A DNA stretch of 64,000 nt from assembly GCA_964035545.1 (NCBI GenBank), contig OZ037766.1, positions 18,315,081 to 18,379,080 of the forward strand, read 5' to 3'. A program made the position numbers and the translations under genes. Shown piece after piece: positions 54,746-64,000 of this stretch (positions are counted from its first letter, which is position 1; each line of letters starts with the position of its first letter). Source of the DNA: Bugula neritina (Eukaryota > Animalia > Bryozoa). The notes below the pieces were generated by a model. The model saw only the letters and a program-made list of their open reading frames with translations. It was not told the origin of the DNA and did no database searches.

Positions 54746-57700
54746 ATGTTACAGTGTATTTCAGTAGGTTTCAGTATCTTGCAGTATATTTCAGTATGTT
54801 GCAGTATTTTTCAGTGGGTTACAGTATATTCCAGTATGTTCCAGTATGTTGCAGTATATTTCAGTATGTTGCAGTGTATTTCAGTATGTTACAGTGTATT
54901 TCAGTAGTTTGCAACATATTTCAGTAGGTTACCATATATTTCCGTATGTTGCAGCATATTTCAATGTGTTGCAGTGTATTTCAATATGTTACAGTGTATT
55001 TCAGTATGTTGCAGTGTGTTGCAGTGTATTTCTGTATGTTACAGTGTATTTCAGTATGTTGCAGTATATTTCAGTATGTTACAGTATGTTTCAGTATGTT
55101 GCAGTATATTTCCGTGGGTTATAGTATATTTCAGTATGATACAGCGTATTTCAGTATGTTACAGCGTATTTCAGTATGTTGCAGTATTTTGCAATGCATT
55201 TCAGTATGTTACAGTGTATTTCAGTATGTTGCAGTATATTTCAGTATGTTACAATAAATTTCAGTATGTTACAGTACTTTTCTGTAAATTACACTATACT
55301 TCAGTGAGTTGTAGTATATTTCAGTATCTTGCAGTATATCTCAGTATGTTACAGTATATTTCAGTACGTTACAGTATATTTCAGTGTGTTACAGTATGTT
55401 GCAGTATATTTCAGCAGTTTGCAACATATTTCAGTAGGTCACCATATATTTCGGTATGTTGCAGCATATTTAAATGTGTTGCAGAGTATTTCAATACGTT
55501 ACAGTGTATTTCAGTATGTTGAAGTATATTCCAGTGTGTTGCAAGATATTTCAATGGGTTATAGTATATTTCAGTATGATACAGCGTCTTTCAGTATGTT
55601 ACAGTGTATTTCAGTATGTTGCAGTATTTTGCAATATGTTTCAGTATGTTACAGTGTATTTCAGTATGTTGCAGTATAATTCAGTATGTTACAATAAATT
55701 TCAGTATGTTACAGTACATTTTCGTAAATTACACTATACTTCAGTGAGTTGTAGTATATTTCAGTATCTTGCAGTATATCTCAGTATGTTACAGTATATT
55801 TCAGGATGTTACAGTATATTTCACTGTGTTACAGTAAATTTCAATATATTACAGTGCATTTGCAGATATTACACTATACTTCAGTGAGTTTTAGTGTCTT
55901 TCAGTATGTTACAGTGTATTTCAGTATGTTGCAGTATTTTGCAATATATTTCAGTAGGTTACAGTGTATTTCAGTATGTTGCAGTATAATTCAGTATGTT
56001 ACAATAAATTTCCGTATGTTACAGTACATTTCCGTAAATTACACTATACTTCAGTGAGTTGTAGTATATTTCAGTATCTTGCAGTATCTCTCAGTATGTT
56101 ACAGTATATTTCAGTATGTTACAGTATATTTCAGTGTGTTACAGTAAATTTCAGTATGTTACAGTGCATTTGCAGATATTACACTATACTTCAGTGAGTT
56201 TTAGTGTCTTTCAGTATGTTGCAGTATACTTCAGTATGTCGCAGGATTTTGCAATATATTTCTGTATGTTACAGTGTATTTCAGTACGTTGCCGTATATT
56301 TCAGTATGATACAATAAATTTCAGTGTGTTACAGTACATTTCTGCAAATTACACTATACTTCAGTGAGTTGTAGTATATTTTAGTATCTTGCAGGATATC
56401 TCAGTATGTTACAGTTTATTTCAGTATGTTCCAGTATATTTCAGCGTGTTTCAGTATATTTCAGCATGCCACAGTGCATTTTCAGATTTTTCACTATACT
56501 TCAGTGAGTTTTAGTGTCTTTCAGTATGTTGCAGTATAATTCGGTATCTTGCAACTTATTTCAATGTGTTGCAATGTATTTCAATATGTTACAGTGTATT
56601 TCAGTATGTTGCAGTATGTTGCAGTGTATTTCAGTATGTTACAGTGTATTTCAGTAGGTTTCAGTATCTTGCAGTATATTTCAGTATGTTGCAGTGTATT
56701 TCAGTATGTTCCAGTGTATTTCAGTAGTTTTCAACATATTTCAGTACGTTACCATATATTTCGGTATGTTACAGCATATTTCAATGTGTTGCAGTGTTTT
56801 CAGTATGTTGCAGTATATTTCAGTGGGTTATAGTATATTCCAGTATGATACAGTGTATTTCAGTATGTTGCAGTGTTTTTCAATGTGTTACAGTATATTT
56901 CAGTATATTACCGTATATTTAGGTATGTTACAGTTTATTCCGATGTGTTGCAGTGTATTTCAGTATGTTACACTGTATTTCAGTATGTTGCAGTATTTTG
57001 CAATATATTTCAGTATGTTTCAGTTTTTCGCAGTATATTTCAGTGTGTTACAGCGTAATTCAGTATATCACAGTGCATTTTCAGGTATTACACGATACTT
57101 CAGTGAGTTTTAGTGTCGTTCAGTATGTTGCAGTATATTTCAGTATCTTGCAACATATTTCAATGTGTTGCAATGCATTTCAATATGTTACTATGTATTT
57201 CAGTATGTTGCAGTATGTTGCAGTGTATTTCAGTATGTTACAGTGTATTTCAGTAGGTTTCAGTGTCTTGCAGTATATTTCAGCATGTTGCAGTATATTT
57301 CAGGATGTTGCAGTATGTTTCAGTATGTTACAGTATTTTGCAGTATTTTGCAGTATATTTCTGTGTGTTACAGTATATTTCATTATGTTGCAGTATGTTG
57401 CGGTATATTTCAGTAGTTTGCAACATATTTCAGTAGGTTACCATATATTTCGGTATGTTGCAGCATATTTCAATGTGTTGCAGTGTATTTCAATATGTTA
57501 CAGTGTATTTCAGTATGTTGCAGTATGTTGCAGTATGTTGCAGTTTGCTGCAGTATGTTGCAGTGTATTTCTGTATGTTACAGTGTATTTCAGTATGTTG
57601 CAGTATATTTCAGTTTGTTACAGTATATTTCAGTATGTTGCAGTATATTTCAGTGGGTTATGGTATATTTCAGTATGATACAGCGTCTTTCAGTATGTTA

Positions 57701-60700
57701 CAGTGTATTTCAGTATGTTGCAGTATTTTGCAATATGTTTCAGTATGTTACAGTGTATTTCAGTATGTTGCAGTATAATTCAGTATGTTACAATAAATTT
57801 CAGTATGTTACAGTACATTTCCGTAAATTACACCATACTTCAGTGAGTTGTAGTATATTTCAGTATCTTGCAGTATATTTCAGTATGTTATAGTATATTT
57901 CAGTATGTTACAGTATATTTCAGTGTGTTACAGTAAATTTCAGTATGTTACAGTGCATTTGCAGATATTACACTATACTTCAGTGAGTTTTAGTGTCTTT
58001 CAGTATGTTGCAGTATATTTCAGTATGTTGCAGTATTTTGCAATATATTTTAGTATGTTACGGTGTATTTCAGTACGTTGCAGTATATTTCAGTATGATA
58101 CAATAAATTTCAGTGTGTTACAGTACATTTCTGCAAATTACACTATACTTCAGTGAGTTGTAGTATATTTCAGTATCTTGCAGCATATCTCAGTATGTTG
58201 CAGTTTATTTCAGTATGTTCCAGTATATTTCAGCGTGTTTCAGTATATTTCAGCATGCCACAGTGCATTTTCAGATTTTTCACTATACTTCAGTGAGTTT
58301 TAGTGTCTTTCAGTATGTTGCAGTATAATTCGGTATCTTGCAACTTATTTCAATGTGTTGCAATGTATTTCAATATGTTACAGTGTATTTCAGTATGTTG
58401 CAGTATGTTGCAGTGTATTTCAGTATGTTACAGTGTATTTCAGTAGGTTTCAGTATCTTGCAGTATATTTCAGTATGTTGCAGTGTATTTCAGTATGTTC
58501 CAGTGTATTTCAGTAGTTTTCAACATATTTCTGTACGTTACCATATATTTCGGTATGTTACAGCATATTTCAATGTGTTGCAGTGTTTTCAGTATGTTGC
58601 AGTATATTTCAGTGGGTTATAGTATATTCCAGTATGATACAGTGTATTTCAGTATGTTGCAGTGTTTTTCAATGTGTTACAGTATATTTCAGTATATTAC
58701 CGTATATTTAGGTATGTTACAGTTTATTCCGATGTGTTGCAGTGTATTTCAGGATGTTACACTGTATTTCAGTATGTTGCAGTATTTTGCAATATATTTC
58801 AGTATGTTTCAGTATTTCGCAGTATATTTCAGTGTGTTACAGCGTAATTCAGTATATCACAGTGCATTTTCAGGTATTACACGATACTTCAGTGAGTTTT
58901 AGTGTCGTTCAGTATGTTGCAGTATATTTCAGTATCTTGCAACATATTTCAATGTGTTGCAATGCATTTCAATATGTTACTATGTATTTCAGTATGTTGC
59001 AGTATGTTGCAGTGTATTTCAGTATGTTACAGTGTACTTCAGTAGGTTTCAGTGTCTTGCAGTATATTTCAGCATGTTGCAGTATATTTCAGGATGTTGC
59101 AGTATGTTTCAGTATGTTACAGTATTTTGCAGTATTTTGCAGTATATTTCTGTGTGTTACAGTATATTTCATTATGTTGCAGTATGTTGCGGTATATTTC
59201 AGTAGTTTGCAACATATTTCAGTAGGTTACCATATATTTCGGTATGTTGCAGCATATTTCAATGTGTTGCAGTGTATTTCAATATGTTACAGTGTATTTC
59301 AGTATGTTGCAGTATGTTGCAGTATGTTGCAGTTTGCTGCAGTATGTTGCAGTGTATTTCTGTATGTTACAGTGTATTTCAGTATGTTGCAGTATATTTC
59401 AGTTTGTTACAGTATATCTCAGTATGTTGCAGTATATTTCAGTGGGTTATGGTATATTTCAGTATGATACAGCGTCTTTCAGTATGTTACAGTGTATTTC
59501 AGTATGTTGCAGTATTTTGCAATATGTTTCAGTATGTTACAGTGTATTTCAGTATTTTGCAGTATAATTCAGTATGTTACAATAAATTTCAGTATGTTAC
59601 AGTACATTTCCGTAAATTACACTATACTTCCGTGAGTTGTAGTATATTTCAGTATCTTGCAGTATATATCAGTATGTTACAGTATATTTCTGTATGTTAC
59701 AGTATATTTCAGTGTGTTACAGTAAATTTCAGTATGTTACAGTGCATTTGCAGATATTACACTATACTTCAGTGAGTTTTAGTGTCTTTCAGTATGTTGC
59801 AGTATATTTCAGTATGTTGCAGTATTTTGCAATATATTTTAGTATGTTACGGTGTATTTCAGTACGTTGCAGTATATTTCAGTATGATACAATAAATTTC
59901 AGTGTGTTACAGTACATTTTTGCAAATTACGCTATACTTCAGTGAGTTGTAGTATATTTCAGTATCTTGCAGTATATCTCAGTATGTTACAGTTTATTTC
60001 AGTATGTTCCAGTATATTTCAGCGTGTTTCAGTATATTTCAGTATGCCACAGTGCACTTTCAGATTTTTCACTATACTTCAGTGAGTTTTAGTGTCTTTC
60101 AGTATGTTGCAGTATATTTCGGTATCTTGCAACTTATTTCAATGTGTTGCATTGTATTTCAATATGTTACAGTGTATTTCAGTATGTTGCAGTATGTTGC
60201 AGTGTACTTCAGTATGTTACAGTGTATTTCAGTAGGTTTCAGTATCTTGCAGTATATTTCAGTATGTTGCAGTCTATTTCAGTGGGTTACAGTATATTCC
60301 AGTATGTTCCAGTATGTTGCAGTATATTTTAGTATGTTACAGTGTATTTCTGTAGTTTGCAACATATTTCAGTAGGTTACCATATATTTCGGTATGTTGC
60401 AGCATATTTCAATGTGTTGCAGCGTATTTCAATATGTTACAGTGTATTTCAGTATGTTGCAGTATGTTGCAGTGTATTTCTGTATGTTACAGTGTATTTC
60501 AGTATGTTGCAGTATATTTCAGTATGTTACAGTATGTTTCAGTATGTTGCAGTATATTTCCGTGGGTTATAGTATATTTCAGTATGATACAGCGTATTTC
60601 AGTATGTTACAGTGTATTTCAGTATGTTGCAGTATATTTCAGTATGTTACAATAAATTTCAGTATGTTACAGTACATTTCCGTAAATTACACTATACTTC

Positions 60701-63513
60701 AGTGAGTTGTAGTATATTTCAGTATGTTGCAGTATATCTCAGTATGTTACAGTATATTTCAGTATGTTACAGTATATTTCAGTGTGTTACAGTAAATTTC
60801 AGTATGTTACAGTGCATTTGCAGATATTACACTATACTTCAGTGAGTTTTAGTGTCTTTCAGTATGTTGCAGTATATTTCAGTATGTTGCAGTATTTTGC
60901 AATATATTTTAGTATGTTACGGTGTATTTCAGTACGTTGCAGTATATTTCAGTATGATACAATAAATTTCAGTGTGTTACAGTACATTTCTGCAAATTAC
61001 ACTATACTTCAGTGAGTTGTAGTATATTTCAGTATCTTGCAGTATATCTCAGTATGTTACAGTTTATTTCAGTATGTTCCAGTATATTTCAGCGTCTTTC
61101 AGTATATTTCAGTATGCCACAGTGCATTTTCAGATTTTTCACTATACTTCAGTGAGTTTTAGTGTCTTTCAGTATGTTGCAGTATATTTCAGTATCTTGC
61201 AACATATTTCAATGTGTTGCAATGCATTTCAATATGTTACAATGTATTTCAGTATGTTGCAGTATGTTGCAGTGTATTTCAGTATGTTACAGTGTATTTC
61301 AGTAGGTTTCAGTGTCTTGCAGTATATTTCAGCATGTTGCAGTATATTTCAGGATGTTGCAGTATGTTTCAGTATGTTACAGTATTTTGCCGTATTTTGC
61401 AGTTTATTTCAGTATGTTCCAGTATATTTCAGCGTTTTTCAGTATATTTCAGTATACCACAGTGCATTTTCAGATTTTTCACTATACTTCAGTGAGTTTT
61501 AGTGTCGGTCAGTATGTTGCAGTATATTTCAGTATCTTGCAACATATTTCAATGTGTTGCAATGCATTTCAATATGTTACAATGTATTTCAGTATGTTGC
61601 AGTATGTTGCAGTGTATTTCAGTATGTTACAGTGTATTTCAGTAGGTTTCAGTGTCTTGCAGTATATTTCAACATGTTGCAGTTTATTTCAGGATGTTGC
61701 AGTATGTTTCAGTATGTTACAGTATTTTGCCGTATTTTGCCGTATATTTCAGTGTGTTACAGTATATTTCATTATGTTGCAGTATGTTGCAGTATATTTC
61801 AATAATTTGCAACATATTTCAGTAGGTTACCATATATTTCGGTATGTTGCAGCATATTTCAATGTGTTGCAGTGTATTTCAGTATGTTGCAGTATGTTGC
61901 AGTATGCTGCAGTATGTTGCAGTGTATTTCTGTATGTTACAGTGTATTTCAGTATGTTGCAGTATATTTCAGTTTGTTACAGTATATTTCAGTATGTTGC
62001 AGTATGTTTCAGTGGGTTATAGTATATTTCAGTATGATACAGCGTCTTTCAGTATGTTACAGTGTATTTCAGTATGTTGCAGTATTTTGCAATATGTTTC
62101 AGTATGTTACAGTGTATTTCAGTATGTTGCAGTATAATTCAGTATGTTACAATAAATTTCAGTATGCTCCAGTACATTTCCGTAAATTACACTATACTTC
62201 AGTGAGTTGTAGTATATTTCAGTATCTTGCAGTATATCTCAGTATGTTACAGTATATTTCAGTATGTTACAGTATATTTCAGTGTGTTACAGTAAATGTC
62301 AGTATGTTACAGTGCATTTGCAGATATTACACTATACTTCAGTGAGTTTTAGTGTCTTTCAGTATGTTGCAGTATATTTCAGTATGTTGCAGTATTTTGC
62401 AACATATTTTAGTATGTTACGGTGTATTTCAGTACGTTGCGGTATATTTCAGTATGATACAATAAATTTCAGTGTGTTACAGTACATTTTTGCAAATTAC
62501 ACTATACTTCAGTGAGTTGTAGTATATTTCAGTATCTTGCAGTATATCTCAGTATGTTACAGTTTATTTCAGTATGTTCCAGTATATTTCAGCGTGTTTC
62601 AGTATATTTCAGTATGCCACAGTGCATTTTCAGATTTTTCACTATACTTCAGTGAGTTTTAGTGTCTTTCAGGATGTTGCAGTATATTTCGGTATCTTGC
62701 AACTTATTTCAATGTGTTGCATTGTATTTCAATATGTTACAGTGTATTTCAGTATGTTGCAGTATGTTGCAGTGTACTTCAGTATGTTACAGTGTATTTC
62801 AGTAGGTTTCAGTATCTTGCAGTATATTTCAGTATGTTGCAGTATTTTTCAGTGGGTTACAGTATATTCCAGCATGTTCCAGTATGTTGCAGTATATTTC
62901 AGTATGTTGCAGTGTATTTCAGTATGTTACAGTGTATTTCAGTAGTTTGCAACATATTTCAGTAGGTTACCATATATTTCCGTATGTTGCAGCATATTTC
63001 AATGTGTTCCAGTGTATTTCAATATGTTACAGTGTGTTTCAGTATGTTGCAGTATGTTGCAGTGTATTTCTGTACGTTACAGTGTATTTCAGTATGTTGC
63101 AGTATATTTCAGTATGTTACAGTATGTTTCAGTATGTTACAGTGCATTTGCAGATATTACACTATACTTCAGTGAGTTTTAGTGTCTTTCAGTATGTTGC
63201 AGTATATTTCAGTATGTTGCAGTATTTTGCAATATATTTTAGTATGTTACGGTGTATTTCAGTACGTTGCAGTATGTTTCAGTATGATACAATAAGTTTC
63301 AGTGTGTTACAGTACATTTCTGCAAATTACACTATACTTCAGTGAGTTGTAGTATATTTCAGTATCTGGCAGTATATCTCAGTATGTTACAGTTTATTTC
63401 AGTATGTTCCAGTATATTTCAGCGTCTTTCAGTATATTTCAGTATGCCACAGTGCATTTTCAGATTTTTCACTATACTTCAGTGAGTTTTAGTGTCTTTC
63501 AGTATGTTGCAGT
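54745..63513. repeat. About 8.77-kb block, copy B
   Basis: Offset 17098 from copy A. I spotted only three substitutions (near 42695/59793, 44358/61456 and 45343/62441). Confidence 0.93.
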
Positions 63514-64000
63514 GTATTTCAGTATGTTACAGTGTATTTCAGTAGTTTGCAACATATTTCAGTAGGTTACCATATATTTCCGTATGTTGCAGCATATTTC
63601 AATGTGTTGCAGTGTATTTCAATATGTTACAGTGTATTTCAGTATGTTGCAGTGTGTTGCAGTGTATTTCTGTATGTTACAGTGTATTTCAGTATGTTGC
63701 AGTATATTTCAGTATGTTACAGTATGTTTCAGTATGTTGCAGTATATTTCCGTGGGTTATAGTATATTTCAGTATGATACAGCGTATTTCAGTATGTTAC
63801 AGCGTATTTCAGTATGTTGCAGTATTTTGCAATGCATTTCAGTATGTTACAGTGTATTTCAGTATGTTGCAGTATATTTCAGTATGTTACAATAAATTTC
63901 AGTATGTTACAGTACTTTTCTGTAAATTACACTATACTTCAGTGAGTTGTAGTATATTTCAGTATCTTGCAGTATATCTCAGTATGTTACAGTATATTTC
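63500..64000. repeat. Start of a third copy of the large block (offset 8638 from copy B)
   Basis: Sequence from 63541 (AGTAGTTTGCAACATATTTC...CCGTATGTTG) matches 54903 onward, including the CAGTGTGTTG variant (55012/63650); ORF pair 54946/63584. Confidence 0.85.

Larger units (their letters stand above)
1..64000. repeat. Tandem satellite array with a 10-bp monomer (consensus CAGTATRTTD) and 20-bp dimer CAGTATGTTR-CAGTRTATTT; runs off both window ends
   Basis: CAG(T) recurs every 10 bp on every line of the window. Monomers alternate between a GTTG/GTTA type and an ATTT type. I saw no non-repeat sequence and no inversion. Confidence 0.99.

Noticed and set aside
77-63895. Hundreds of Cys/Tyr/Val/Ser/Gln-rich ORFs of up to 281 aa (e.g. 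11892-12737)
   Set aside because: They overlap in all three + frames with permuted copies of the same peptide, which is what a stop-free 10/20-bp repeat produces. There is no codon-level (3n) structure, duplications are multiples of 10 rather than 3, and no domain is recognisable.
1-64000. Telomeric repeat array
   Set aside because: There are no G-runs typical of telomerase repeats, and the substitution-rich monomers inherited in higher-order blocks indicate recombinational amplification rather than templated addition.
1-64000. Transposon or other mobile element insertion
   Set aside because: I found no non-satellite sequence, terminal repeats, target-site duplications or transposase/RT coding sequence.
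1-64000. Assignment to a specific organism or named satellite family
   Set aside because: I cannot recognise the monomer with confidence; this needs a database search.

Overview
The whole 64 kb window is one uninterrupted, single-orientation AT-rich tandem satellite (about 30% GC estimated from the consensus; + strand T-rich). I found no credible genes, RNA genes, transposon insertions or CRISPR arrays. The base unit is a 10-bp monomer (CAGTATGTTG / CAGTATGTTA alternating with CAGTATATTT / CAGTGTATTT), which gives a 20-bp dimer. Above this sits a nested hierarchy. A diverged landmark 'box', CACTATACTTCAGTGAGTT, recurs in clusters spaced 140-170-140 bp. These clusters plus a box-free arm form a variable higher-order unit of about 1.0-1.3 kb. 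Recent block duplications have offsets of 340, 1219, 1300, 1789, 3809, 4320, 4558, 4590, 5830, 5870, 8638 and 17098 bp. The 10-bp register shifts only 15 times in 64 kb, and these shifts trace to just three indel alleles. All ORFs in the track are artefacts of a 10-bp repeat that lacks stops on the + strand. The architecture resembles a eukaryotic centromeric or heterochromatic satellite, but neither organism nor function can be established from the sequence alone.
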